Below, piece after piece: positions 10,841-20,036 of a stretch of DNA of 43,320 nucleotides (positions are counted from its first letter, which is position 1; every line of letters starts with the position of its first letter). Made by a program: the position numbers and the translations under genes. The stretch is from Nanobdellota archaeon (GTDB lineage: Archaea > Aenigmatarchaeota > Aenigmatarchaeia > QMZP01). Location: contig JBDRJQ010000027.1 in the NCBI GenBank assembly GCA_043814765.1, forward strand, positions 1 to 43,320. The letters are read 5' to 3'. A model generated the notes under the pieces. That model saw only the letters and a program-made list of their open reading frames with translations, made no database searches and was not told the DNA's origin.

Positions 10841-11788
10841 ATGTACAAGTTGATGCCAGAATCTTACAAAACAAGAATAAAGGAAATGCTTGTCTTTTCT
10901 GGAAGTAAAAAAACAGCAGAAGGATTTGTTAATTATGCATTTTCTCTGAGTTTGGCAATAAGTTTTGTCACAGCAATTTTTTCAAATCAATATTTTTTCC
11001 AAGTGTGGATAATTGTATTCTTTTCAGTGTTCTTTTTATTTCACGGATTTCTCATTTTAGCAGTTGATAAAAGAACTAAATTCGTTGAAAAGATGTTGCC
11101 AGATGCATTGCAACTAATGTCTGCAAACATCAAAGCAGGATATATTCCTAGCAGAGCAATACTTCTTTCTGCTAGAAAAGAGTTTGGACCGCTATCAGAC
11201 GCGATAAGAAATGTTGGAAAGGAAATAATGACTGGAAAATCCTTACAAGACGGTTTGATGACTATAACAAAAACAATAAAATCAGACGTATTAGAAACAA
11301 CAGTAAAGCTAATAATAAAGGGTACCCGAGCAGGAGGTCAGCTTGTTACTTTATTTGAAGAAACAGCTGCAGATATTAGAAGGTTAGAAAGCGTTAGAAA
11401 AGACGTAAAAGCCAACATAATGATGTACGGAATATTCATAGGCTTTGCAGCATGCCTTGGAGCACCCGTTCTCTACTCACTTTCAATGTTCTTGGTGAAT
11501 ACTATAGGCGGTTTAGGAGCAACAGTTACAGTGCCGCAAGAGTTTTCAGGAAGACTTAGTTTAATGAAATTTGGTGTCACCATTTCACCCGAATTCCTTT
11601 TCTTGTTTTCCATAACATCACTGTTAATAACAACCATATTCGGAGGACTTATAATAGGACTCATAGGGACTGGCAAAGAAAAAGAAGGAATAAAATACAT
11701 ACCTGTGCTAACAATAATAGCACTTTCTGTATTTTTTATAACAGGATTTTTCATAGAAGTTATGTTTGGTGGCATTTTGCCAACATAA
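10841..11788 (+). CDS. T2SS F / TadC-like pilus platform protein
   Basis: EKMLPDALQLMSANIKAG, SARKEFGPLS. Confidence 0.9.
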   Translation: MYKLMPESYKTRIKEMLVFSGSKKTAEGFVNYAFSLSLAISFVTAIFSNQYFFQVWIIVFFSVFFLFHGFLILAVDKRTKFVEKMLPDALQLMSANIKAGYIPSRAILLSARKEFGPLSDAIRNVGKEIMTGKSLQDGLMTITKTIKSDVLETTVKLIIKGTRAGGQLVTLFEETAADIRRLESVRKDVKANIMMYGIFIGFAACLGAPVLYSLSMFLVNTIGGLGATVTVPQEFSGRLSLMKFGVTISPEFLFLFSITSLLITTIFGGLIIGLIGTGKEKEGIKYIPVLTIIALSVFFITGFFIEVMFGGILPT

Positions 11789-11842
11789 TTGTCAATTTAG
11801 AGTGTATTTACTTTATATAGAAAATCAACCAATTATAAAAAG

Positions 11843-12361
11843 ATGAATATGAAAACAAAAAAGGCACAAGCAGCAATGGAATATCTGATGACATACGGTT
11901 GGGCTATTTTAATAGTAATCATAGTGGCAGCAGCTCTGTTCGCTTTAGGTGTTTTCAATCCAACAGCTTGGACAGGACAACAGGCAACCGGTTTCGGTGG
12001 TCTAGGAACTCCTTCTGACTGGGAACTTAAGTCAGACGGTACGTTCAATATAAAACTTGAAAACTCTCTAGCAGGAAAGACAGTAACAGTATATAATATA
12101 ACAGCAGAACTTGGTTCAACATCAGTTACATGGACAACATATGATTATGATGATGCTCTAGGTCACCTAGTATTGGGAACAGGAGCTTCTGTGGATCTAA
12201 GCACGCTAGTGGGCACTAACAACCCATACTCTATAGACTTAGGATCACCAACAACAGGATCATCATTCTCGATAAAAATTACAATAAACATGATAACTGA
12301 AAGTGGAGCTTACCCAACAGCTGTTGTAGGAACACTAACAGGTACGGTAAAAGAAGCTTAA
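11843..12361 (+). CDS. Type IV pilin-like protein, QxxxE-type class III signal peptide
   Basis: KTKKA|QAAMEYLMTYGWAILIVIIV. Confidence 0.9.
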   Translation: MNMKTKKAQAAMEYLMTYGWAILIVIIVAAALFALGVFNPTAWTGQQATGFGGLGTPSDWELKSDGTFNIKLENSLAGKTVTVYNITAELGSTSVTWTTYDYDDALGHLVLGTGASVDLSTLVGTNNPYSIDLGSPTTGSSFSIKITINMITESGAYPTAVVGTLTGTVKEA

Positions 12362-12458
12362 ACAGCGTCATCAAGTTTAATCCAAGTATTTGGTATTTTT
12401 ATTCACTTTTTCTTATTTTTTATTTTATTAATTAAAAGTATCTAGATAAGGAGATATT

Positions 12459-12800
12459 ATGTACAAGCAGGTAATTGTTGTAAGAAAAGACCTGGACTTA
12501 AGCAAGGGCAAGCTGTCTGTTCAAGTTGCACATGCATCGGTAGACGCATACAAAAAGACAGACAAAAAAATACGTGATGAGTGGGAGAGCGAAGGGGCAA
12601 AGAAGGTTGTAGTCAAAGTGGATGATCTTAAACAGCTTCTTGAAATCAAGAAAAGATGCCATGAAGCTGGTTTATCATGCGTTTTAATTAGCGATGCAGG
12701 AAGGACAGAACTACCGCCAGGAACCACAACAGTTCTGGGCATAGGGCCATGCAAAGAAACAGATGTGGATAAGATAACAGGCAAGCTTAAAATGCTATGA
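12459..12800 (+). CDS. pth2: Peptidyl-tRNA hydrolase Pth2
   Basis: KQVIVVRKDL, GKLSVQVAHA, DAGRTE, TVLGIGP. Confidence 0.97.
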   Translation: MYKQVIVVRKDLDLSKGKLSVQVAHASVDAYKKTDKKIRDEWESEGAKKVVVKVDDLKQLLEIKKRCHEAGLSCVLISDAGRTELPPGTTTVLGIGPCKETDVDKITGKLKML

Positions 12801-12839
12801 AACAATGAATGAAATAATAGAAGCAAGAAATTAGATAAT

Positions 12840-13271
12840 ATGACAAAAAAGAAACCTACTAACGGAAGCATGCAGGATGAGATGCAGGAAAAAATAATTC
12901 TTTATCAGATGTTGCAGAATCATATAGAGCAAATAAAAAAACAGGCAATTAATCTTGAAAGAGAATTCATGGAAATTGATGGAACTCTGCAAGCAGTAGA
13001 GACGCTATCTTCTGGAACAGTTGATCACGAAACACTTGTTCCTCTAGGCTCTGGTTGCTATGCTGGAGGCAAAGTAACAAACAATAAAAAATTCCTCATA
13101 GATATTGGTTCAGGTGTTATTGTAAACAAAAAATTGCTTGAAACCAAAAAGTTTCTTGAGGACAGAAAAATAGAGAGAGAAAAAATTCTTAACGAACTTA
13201 AAAACGAACTTGAACATGCATTGAAAAAATTAAACGGTGTTACGCAAGAATTGCAAGAAATGCAAAAATAA
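12840..13271 (+). CDS. pfdA: Prefoldin alpha subunit
   Basis: Coiled coils flanking LVPLGSG...IDIGSG beta-hairpins. Confidence 0.92.
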   Translation: MTKKKPTNGSMQDEMQEKIILYQMLQNHIEQIKKQAINLEREFMEIDGTLQAVETLSSGTVDHETLVPLGSGCYAGGKVTNNKKFLIDIGSGVIVNKKLLETKKFLEDRKIEREKILNELKNELEHALKKLNGVTQELQEMQK

Positions 13272-13273
13272 AA

Positions 13274-13609
13274 TCACTGGTGCTCATACTTTTCTTTCAG
13301 TTCTATATCTATCTTGACGCCCTCTGGTATCTGAATCCTTACAACTTGTCTAAGAGCGCGCTCGTTGCTGCCTATATCTATAATTCTTCTGTGGATGCGC
13401 ATTTCCCAGCGGTCCCAGGTTGCATTTCCGTGGCCAGTACCGTCTCCGCAAGGTGTTTTAAGTGTTTGAACTCTCAGCTTCTTTGTTGGAAGAGGAACAG
13501 GTCCTCTAAAAGAAACTCCGTACTTCTTTGCTATCTCTACTACCTGATTACAGATATCTTTTATTTCTTCAAGATTTCTGCCAGCCAGTTTTATCCTTGC
13601 GAATTCCAT
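13274..13609 (-). CDS. rps10: Ribosomal protein uS10
   Basis: GPVPLPTK, TPCGDG, WDRWEMRIHRRIIDI. Confidence 0.97.
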   Translation of the reverse strand: MEFARIKLAGRNLEEIKDICNQVVEIAKKYGVSFRGPVPLPTKKLRVQTLKTPCGDGTGHGNATWDRWEMRIHRRIIDIGSNERALRQVVRIQIPEGVKIDIELKEKYEHQ

Positions 13610-13612
13610 AAT

Positions 13613-14038
13613 CTACCTCTTCGATTTTTGTTTTGCTCTTCTTGGTCCCTGACTTGAACGTGGAGGCTTGTGCGGTTCTGTTCTTCTAGGATCGTATACC
13701 AATAGATTCCGATCATAGTTTAAAAATACCTTTTTGATATCCTCTCCGAGCAGTTTTACATATCCTCTTGCTAATGCCTGTCTTGCAGCATCAACCTGGC
13801 CCATTATACCGCCACCATTTATGGTAATACTGACGTTGTATGCCTTTGCCCTGTCACCTACTAGTGTTATTGGCTCTTTAAGTTTCATTTTTACGAGCTC
13901 GTTGCTTATCAGTTCAAATGGTTTATTATTCAATTCTATTTTACCATTACCCAATTTGAATCTTGCTCTTGCAACAGCTCTCTTCCTCTTTCCAGTAGTA
14001 AATATGATCTTTTCTTTTTTAACTTCTTTTTCACTCAT
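13613..14038 (-). CDS. rps9: Ribosomal protein uS9
   Basis: GKRKRAVARA, GGGIMGQ, YDRNLLVYDPRRTEP, QKSKR. Confidence 0.97.
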   Translation of the reverse strand: MSEKEVKKEKIIFTTGKRKRAVARARFKLGNGKIELNNKPFELISNELVKMKLKEPITLVGDRAKAYNVSITINGGGIMGQVDAARQALARGYVKLLGEDIKKVFLNYDRNLLVYDPRRTEPHKPPRSSQGPRRAKQKSKR

Positions 14039-14451
14039 CTTTTACCTCTCAGTTTTTCACAAACTTTCTCCAATGTCATGTATTTGTACTTTAATTTGTT
14101 TCCTGTACCCAAATCTTTTATTTCCCTGTTTTTAAACTCATCAGGCATTCCAGTGTATACTTTAATTCTATTAAGAGCTTCTCTTCCTCTGGTAGTTCTA
14201 TAAGGAAGCATTCCTCTTACAATCCTCTTAAAAATACTGTCAGGTGTTTTTGGATAAAAAGGACCATGATAAGGGTCACCCCTTTTCACTTTTTCTGAAA
14301 AGAATGCCTCAGTTACTTTAGGGCTTCCTGAAAAAACGCACTTTTCTGCGTTCACTATAAAAATTCTTTTGCCTTTTAATGCTTCTTTAGCTACTTTTGA
14401 AGCCAGTCTTCCTGCAACATTGTTGCTTGCATCAATTACTATTTCTTCCAT
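14035..14451 (-). CDS. rpl13: Ribosomal protein uL13
   Basis: VIDAS...GRLASKVAK, VRGMLP; start placed at ATG 14451. Confidence 0.96.
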   Translation of the reverse strand: MEEIVIDASNNVAGRLASKVAKEALKGKRIFIVNAEKCVFSGSPKVTEAFFSEKVKRGDPYHGPFYPKTPDSIFKRIVRGMLPYRTTRGREALNRIKVYTGMPDEFKNREIKDLGTGNKLKYKYMTLEKVCEKLRGKR

Positions 14452-14516
14452 ATCAACCCTTTTCATTCAAACCTATACAAAAGGTCTGAACCCCAAAATC
14501 ATTCAATTGTTCCATA

Positions 14517-14882
14517 TCAACCCAGTATTCTTATTTTTGCTCCTTTTCCAGTTGCATGAGCTTTCATAAGATCTTCTATGCTCATGCACTTTCCGCCTGC
14601 TTTTTCTATTTTAGCTTTTGCAGTTGGACTAAAGCGTAGAGCAGCTACCTTTAGTGATTTTTTTATGTCACCGTTAGACAAAACAGTGCCAGGCACGACA
14701 ATAGTTTCTCCTTTCTTACTGTTCTTTTCAATATCATACACATTAACTTCAAAGGCTTTTCTTCTTGGCCTGTTTAGAGCCTTTGCTATAGCTGACCATA
14801 TAGGAACCTTTTTCTCCCTACCGTTTTCATCTAGCTCCTGAATGAGCTCTTTCAATAGAATGTTCTTGTCTCTGGTTTTCAT
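14517..14882 (-). CDS. rpl18e: Ribosomal protein eL18
   Basis: IVVPGTVL, VAALRFS, KIEKAGG. Confidence 0.95.
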   Translation of the reverse strand: MKTRDKNILLKELIQELDENGREKKVPIWSAIAKALNRPRRKAFEVNVYDIEKNSKKGETIVVPGTVLSNGDIKKSLKVAALRFSPTAKAKIEKAGGKCMSIEDLMKAHATGKGAKIRILG

Positions 14883-14929
14883 AATAAACAAGATTAACCT
14901 TTGGTTTTTAAAAAGATATCACTATTCAC

Positions 14930-15643
14930 CTATAATCCCATCAAAATAACTATCAAAATAGCTATAAATCCTGCTGAAAAGGATGCGGTCAGATTAACCA
15001 CATGCTTGTTAAACCACCCATAATCAGCCTCAAGAGTGGCACCAAGCAAGCTATCTATATTGCATCCTATAAAACCAACAACAGTTCCCAATATAACCAG
15101 TAGTATGTCTGCAGTGAAAAAAACCGTTATAACCGATACTGAAAACGCGCCTAGAACAGAAGCTGCAAGACCCGCTAATGAAACACCACCACTAGTTCCT
15201 GCTAAGACAGTTTTTGTTGGTTTTGTTATCAATCTTGGGAATTTTGAGTGAACCTGACCTATCTCAGTGGAAAAAGTGTCTGCTGTAGCGGCAGCCACGG
15301 CTCCTAGAAACCCTATCAAAGCCAATTCATTTGACGTGAGAAAGTATACTATGGCGAATATGAGCGAGGCCCCTCCATTACCCCAAACATTCTTAAATGT
15401 CCTTACCTTTTCCTCTATTCTGTACTTCTTTTTTATTTTATAGCCGTATCTGGTAACTACGTTTCCCATAATAAAGAACACTATTAGAAGAGAAAGCCAA
15501 GACAAGCCCACTGTGAAAACAAGAATGAATCCGAACACGTAAACGCTTACCATAGCAGATATATCAACTTTGCCTTTTTTGTAAAAGTATAACATAACCG
15601 CTGTCACGAGAATTACTAATAAGATAACTGTTTCTATCCACAT
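14930..15643 (-). CDS. DUF92 / TMEM19-family membrane protein
   Basis: NVWGNGG, AAATADTFSTEIG, GTSGGVS, IDSLLGATLE. Confidence 0.92.
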   Translation of the reverse strand: MWIETVILLVILVTAVMLYFYKKGKVDISAMVSVYVFGFILVFTVGLSWLSLLIVFFIMGNVVTRYGYKIKKKYRIEEKVRTFKNVWGNGGASLIFAIVYFLTSNELALIGFLGAVAAATADTFSTEIGQVHSKFPRLITKPTKTVLAGTSGGVSLAGLAASVLGAFSVSVITVFFTADILLVILGTVVGFIGCNIDSLLGATLEADYGWFNKHVVNLTASFSAGFIAILIVILMGL

Positions 15644-15680
15644 ATCATATACATCCTTTAATCATCTTTAAATAATAAAA

Positions 15681-15886
15681 TGCGGGAGGCAGGATTCTCG
15701 TTACCAAGGAAGCGTTAGCTCCTTTTGGATTAAACCTTTTCTGAAAAAGGTTTATTTCGAACCTGCGAACCCACTAAGGGACTGGATTCCTCATAATGGA
15801 AAAGCGATAAACCTTTCACAGGCTTGCGCCTCAAAACTCAATTTTTACCTTGAGTCCAGCTCGTTTGACCGCTTCGATACCCCCGC
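15681..15886 (-). tRNA. trnL: tRNA-Leu(CAA) with two introns: 37/38 (15788-15848) and T-loop 59/60 (15695-15755)
   Basis: Exons GCGGGGGTATCGAAGCGGTCAAACGAGCTGGACTCAAG / ATCCAGTCCCTTAGTGGGTTCGCAGGTTCGAA / TCCTGCCTCCCGCA join into an 84-nt class II cloverleaf; BHB-type central helices CUCA:UGAG and UUCG:CGAG. Confidence 0.92.
15708..15753 (-). repeat. Dispersed ~46-nt palindromic mini-element, copy 1 (inside the tRNA T-loop intron)
   Basis: 41/46 identical to 20051-20096. Confidence 0.85.
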
Positions 15887-15978
15887 GTATAGAAATCTTA
15901 ACTAAAGAAGAATATAAAACTGTGCTTATTTCTTATGTATCTTTTTATCCATATTTTCTTAAAAAACGGTGATTAAAA

Positions 15979-16455
15979 TTATCTTTCCATTTCGTCAAAG
16001 GTGTCTTTCAGTTTTTCAACTCTTTCATAACTCCTTTGAACGTAATCATCTATGTGTTTAGGAGTTCTTTTGTCTTCCATTTCCCTTACTTTTGCAAACC
16101 TTATATCAAGCTCCCTTACAATTTCATTCAGGCCGTCAAGGGCCCTGTTGGCTACGACAACACCGTTGGCTATTTCCTTTTCAATTTCACCAAGTGCATC
16201 CAGTGCGTCTCTAAGGCCCAAAGAAAGGGATTTCAATCTCTTTATATGATTTACGATATCATTGTACTTTTCAATTTTTATAAAAAGAGGAGGAGCAACA
16301 CTAGACTCTTCATCTGGTATGGGTTCCATTTCTAGATCTTCTGGCCTAGACATTTCTTTAATATCATTAATATCAAATTCATCTGGTCTAGGCGGTCCGG
16401 GAGGCATTCTACCAGGAGGACCTCTCATATATTTTGATTTTTTCTTCCTAAACAT
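15979..16455 (-). CDS. Hypothetical protein, Pro-rich N-terminus plus coiled coil
   Basis: PPLFIKIEKY followed by a heptad-like helical region. Confidence 0.8.
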   Translation of the reverse strand: MFRKKKSKYMRGPPGRMPPGPPRPDEFDINDIKEMSRPEDLEMEPIPDEESSVAPPLFIKIEKYNDIVNHIKRLKSLSLGLRDALDALGEIEKEIANGVVVANRALDGLNEIVRELDIRFAKVREMEDKRTPKHIDDYVQRSYERVEKLKDTFDEMER

Positions 16456-16492
16456 AAAAACACAATAATATTTTGTTTTTAATTTTAATAAA

Positions 16493-16563
16493 TGCGCCAG
16501 CCGAGATTCGAACTCGGGTTACCACCTTGGCAAGGTGGTGTCCTACCGCTAGACTACTGGCGC
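16493..16563 (-). tRNA. trnG: tRNA-Gly(GCC), no intron, CCA not encoded
   Basis: GCGCCAGTAGTCTAGCGGTAGGACACCACCTTGCCAAGGTGGTAACCCGAGTTCGAATCTCGGCTGGCGCA cloverleaf. Confidence 0.97.
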
Positions 16564-16639
16564 ATATTCAATTCCCTGACTATGATTGATTATTCTATTG
16601 AAGACGACTGTAAACAATGTAATAAGTCGTCCATTAAGT

Positions 16640-16765
16640 TTATTCTTCACCCTTCTTTACCTTCTTAACATTTATGCTTCTGCATTTAGGACAGAGCCTT
16701 GTTGCAGGTTCCATGAATATGGGTTTTCCAACCCATCCACACGCATCGCATTTATATTTAGCCAT
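16640..16765 (-). CDS. 41-aa zinc-finger microprotein (not in the ORF track)
   Basis: MAKYKCDACGWVGKPIFMEPATRLCPKCRSINVKKVKKGEE*; CxxC...CPxC; directly follows srp54. Confidence 0.8.
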   Translation of the reverse strand: MAKYKCDACGWVGKPIFMEPATRLCPKCRSINVKKVKKGEE

Positions 16766-16788
16766 AATAACCAACTCAATAACCTATT

Positions 16789-18111
16789 TTATCTCAGACC
16801 CATCTGCTTTGCAATCCTTGCAAATGGACCTCTTTTGAAGCCCTTTCCACCCTTTGTTAGTTTCATTATTTTCTTTATTTGTTTATAATATTTTAATAAT
16901 TCCCGTACTTCTGCTTCTGTAGTACCAGAACCATTAGCGAGCCTTTTTATCCTTGCCTGTTTTATGTCATCAGGCTCATTTCTCTCATACTGAGTCATGC
17001 TATCTATCATATACTGCCATTTCTTCATTTTTTCTTCTTGAATATCAAGCATACCGTCAGGAATCTTCATTCCAGACATTCCCGGAACCATTTCAGTTAT
17101 CTTTGATAGCGGTCCCATCTTCTGCATTGATTTTATCTGTTCCTGAAATTCAGTCATAGTGAACTGGCCTTCCATTATCTTTTTTACACTATTCTCGTCC
17201 AGACCTGCTTCTTTTGCTTTTTCAAGCAAACCCTGAATATCACCATAACCGATTAATCGTGAAACAAAACGCTTTGGATCGTAAAGCTCCAAATCGCCTA
17301 TTTTTTCACCCAATCCAATGAACTTGACCTTTGCGCCAGAAACAGCAGTTGCTGCCAGAGCACCGCCACCTTTAGCAGTACCGTCAAGCTTTGTTACAAC
17401 AACCCCTGTTATGCCGACAAGCTTGTTGAACTCTTCAGCCTGTTCTTTGGCAGCCTGTCCCAAATCAGCAGGAATAACCAGCAAGACTTCATCAGGTTTT
17501 ATAATATTACCAAGATCTTTCAGTTCCTTTGCCAACTCCTTGTCAAGTGCATCCCTGCCAGCAGAATCGAAAATAAGCACTTCTTCCTTAGCTTTTTTCA
17601 GCGCATTTTTAGCAATATCAGCAGGCTTCTTACCATCTGCATAGAAAGCAACATCCACTTTCTGCGCTAGCTGTTTAAGCTGCTCTTGTGCGGCTGCTCT
17701 GTGAGTGTCGCATGCAACAAGCCCTGGATTCAAACCACGCACCTTAAACCACTTAGCAATCTTTCCTATGGTTGTGGTTTTACCAGAACCAAATAATCCT
17801 ATAACAATAATCCTCTGTTTCTTCAACTGTACCGTAGCCTTTTCCTCGCCTAAGAAAGCCACAGTTTCATCATAAAGAGTCTTTATGAAATACTCTTTCA
17901 AAGAAATGCCTTCTGGAATCTTTGCCTCAAGAACCTTACTCTTTATATTTTTGGATAGCTCTGCAACCATTGCTACATCTACATCTGCCTGTATTAGACT
18001 CCTCTGCAACTCGTGAACAATCATCTCCACAGCTTCCTTGTCCACAACAGACATGCCTGCTATTTTCTTGAATGTTCCCTTCAGCGCATCCCCGAATTTC
18101 TTCAATACCAT
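16789..18111 (-). CDS. srp54: Signal recognition particle 54 kDa protein
   Basis: GLFGSGKTTT, DSAGR, TKLDGTAKGGGAL, Met-rich M domain. Confidence 0.97.
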   Translation of the reverse strand: MVLKKFGDALKGTFKKIAGMSVVDKEAVEMIVHELQRSLIQADVDVAMVAELSKNIKSKVLEAKIPEGISLKEYFIKTLYDETVAFLGEEKATVQLKKQRIIVIGLFGSGKTTTIGKIAKWFKVRGLNPGLVACDTHRAAAQEQLKQLAQKVDVAFYADGKKPADIAKNALKKAKEEVLIFDSAGRDALDKELAKELKDLGNIIKPDEVLLVIPADLGQAAKEQAEEFNKLVGITGVVVTKLDGTAKGGGALAATAVSGAKVKFIGLGEKIGDLELYDPKRFVSRLIGYGDIQGLLEKAKEAGLDENSVKKIMEGQFTMTEFQEQIKSMQKMGPLSKITEMVPGMSGMKIPDGMLDIQEEKMKKWQYMIDSMTQYERNEPDDIKQARIKRLANGSGTTEAEVRELLKYYKQIKKIMKLTKGGKGFKRGPFARIAKQMGLR

Positions 18112-18171
18112 GGTCTACTCCATGTATCAAATTAGAATATATGGTTTATAAATTATAGAATTAACAGAAAC

Positions 18172-18930
18172 CTACTTCTCCAACTCAAAAGAAGCTTCAC
18201 CGTCTTGCTTGTTAATCTCTTTGACAATCATCTCTGCGTTCTCTTCTACATTCAACTGCAATTGTTTCACGTTCTTGCTGCGGCCCACTAATAGGTATTC
18301 AGGCGCAGAAACATATTTTACCTCTATCTCTTTGTCATTAACCTTTGAAAGCACGTTCTTTATCACTTCTACTCCATTAGGCTTGTAGCATATCAGGCTT
18401 AGTTTTGCTCTGATCTCATAGGTCTTTTCTGTGTAGCTCTTTTTTGCAACTTCTATCATTGCTTCAGCCCAGTTCTTTGGAATGCCTTTTTGCTTTAGCA
18501 AATCAGGATTCTTTACAGCAACGTCAAAGCTCTTTGAAAGCGATCCTATCTCTTCCTGCAATTTGAAGCCAACTTCTTTATAGGCATCATCCAATGTCTT
18601 TTTTAGCGTTTTAGCCACAATTTCAAGCATTTTTTCCGCTTTCCCTTCACGCTTGAACTCATTTAGCTTGCTATTGGACTGTTCTTTGTGCACTCTTTTC
18701 ACAGAAAGGTTTATGTTCTCCCCTTCTATTCTCATAACACGGCACACAACAAACTGGTTCTCCTTCAAGAATTCACGTATATTTCTAACCCAGCGGCCAG
18801 CTACTTCAGAAACATGAACCATTCCTTTCTTGTCGTATTCAATTAGTTTCACTAGAACAGAATTAGGATATATTTTAAGGACTTTGCAAATGACCAGCTC
18901 ATTCCTTTCAGGATTTCCAGCTTTACGCAT
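18172..18930 (-). CDS. eif2a: Translation initiation factor aIF2 alpha
   Basis: S1 domain with HVSEVAGRWVRNIRE, INLSVKRV, YVSAPEY. Confidence 0.96.
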   Translation of the reverse strand: MRKAGNPERNELVICKVLKIYPNSVLVKLIEYDKKGMVHVSEVAGRWVRNIREFLKENQFVVCRVMRIEGENINLSVKRVHKEQSNSKLNEFKREGKAEKMLEIVAKTLKKTLDDAYKEVGFKLQEEIGSLSKSFDVAVKNPDLLKQKGIPKNWAEAMIEVAKKSYTEKTYEIRAKLSLICYKPNGVEVIKNVLSKVNDKEIEVKYVSAPEYLLVGRSKNVKQLQLNVEENAEMIVKEINKQDGEASFELEK

Positions 18931-18970
18931 TTTCTAATTACCTCTCCTATTTGTTAGCTATTTGAAAAGT

Positions 18971-19123
18971 TTATTCCTTTGCTTTAATGTTGGCTTTACC
19001 GCCCGTAGGTTCAGCTAAAACAGCTCCGCAGACAAGACATTTAACAATGCCTGCAGGTTTTGAAAATATCATCTGTTTGTTCTTGCATTTTTCACATTTA
19101 ACTTCTAGGAATTTTGATGTCAT
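18971..19123 (-). CDS. rps27e: Ribosomal protein eS27 (not in the ORF track)
   Basis: [50 protein letters not shown]. Confidence 0.95.
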   Translation of the reverse strand: MTSKFLEVKCEKCKNKQMIFSKPAGIVKCLVCGAVLAEPTGGKANIKAKE

Positions 19124-19410
19124 TATACCAACTCAAATTTCTTTACTCTGAACCCCTTTTTTGTATGCATTTTTTTACATTCGCTGCAGATCAATCTCAA
19201 ATCAACTTTCTGTGTAGGTTTTTTAGTTACAGCAGGTTTAGAGTATTTTCCATGTCCGCCATAACCTCTCTTATTCCTGTCCTTGCTCTTGTTACTCTGC
19301 GAGTTTGGATGAGCCTTGCCTCTAGGTTTTTTGCTGGACTGCTTTACAGTGTGTTCTGTGTGCTTTTTGCATTTTGGGCAGTATGTTTTTACTTTCTTTG
19401 GATATTTCAT
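19123..19410 (-). CDS. rpl44e: Ribosomal protein eL42 (L44e)
   Basis: [22 protein letters not shown]. Confidence 0.96.
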   Translation of the reverse strand: MKYPKKVKTYCPKCKKHTEHTVKQSSKKPRGKAHPNSQSNKSKDRNKRGYGGHGKYSKPAVTKKPTQKVDLRLICSECKKMHTKKGFRVKKFELV

Positions 19411-19487
19411 ATTACACCAATTATCAGATTATTGTTTATATAGTTAATATAATAAGCATTATTAGGCGCTTTATTTATAAAAGTTGT

Positions 19488-20000
19488 TTATTCTGCTTCA
19501 ATCTTCCTTGCGTCTTCATGTTTTATTAGAACTTCAGAAGCGTCTTTGGGTAAAGATATTATTTCACCCTCTTTGAAAGGCCCATAAGTTTCCATATTAG
19601 TGGCTACGAACTCTGGTATGTCTTTAAGGACAGCCAGCATATCTTTCTCTACTGCCTCTTTCGACGTGCTCTTCTTGCGATTCTCTTGGAAATCCCTTAT
19701 ATTTTCTACAAGTTTATTGAAAAATACCCTTTCCTGTTCAGTTAGATTTTCTGCGACTATTCCGGATCGCACAGAATAGAGCGCCATTGTGAGTATTTTC
19801 CTCTCCCTTATTTCAAACAGGTCTTGCAGCAACCTCTGTGCAGATTCCACTTCCCACAGGTTCTCTTTCTTATCAGTCACTTTTGATTTATTTTCTAGGT
19901 AAATCTTAACTTTCTCAAAAAAATCATCAGGCAGAGAAACCGGTTTTGTTGTTGTTTTTTCGTCTGCCAAAACTTTTCGTATCCCTTCATATGTAATCAT
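19488..20000 (-). CDS. GINS complex subunit (Gins51-like)
   Basis: LPDDFF, IRERKI, NLTEQE, DIPEFV...YGPFKEG; conserved position between primase and L44e. Confidence 0.85.
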   Translation of the reverse strand: MITYEGIRKVLADEKTTTKPVSLPDDFFEKVKIYLENKSKVTDKKENLWEVESAQRLLQDLFEIRERKILTMALYSVRSGIVAENLTEQERVFFNKLVENIRDFQENRKKSTSKEAVEKDMLAVLKDIPEFVATNMETYGPFKEGEIISLPKDASEVLIKHEDARKIEAE

Positions 20001-20036
20001 AATAATAACTCCCTTTCATTGTTACATCTTAAGGTT

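Noticed and set aside
16493..16563. tRNA-Gly as an integration site for a mobile element
   Set aside because: No duplicated tRNA 3' end and no integrase seen in the window
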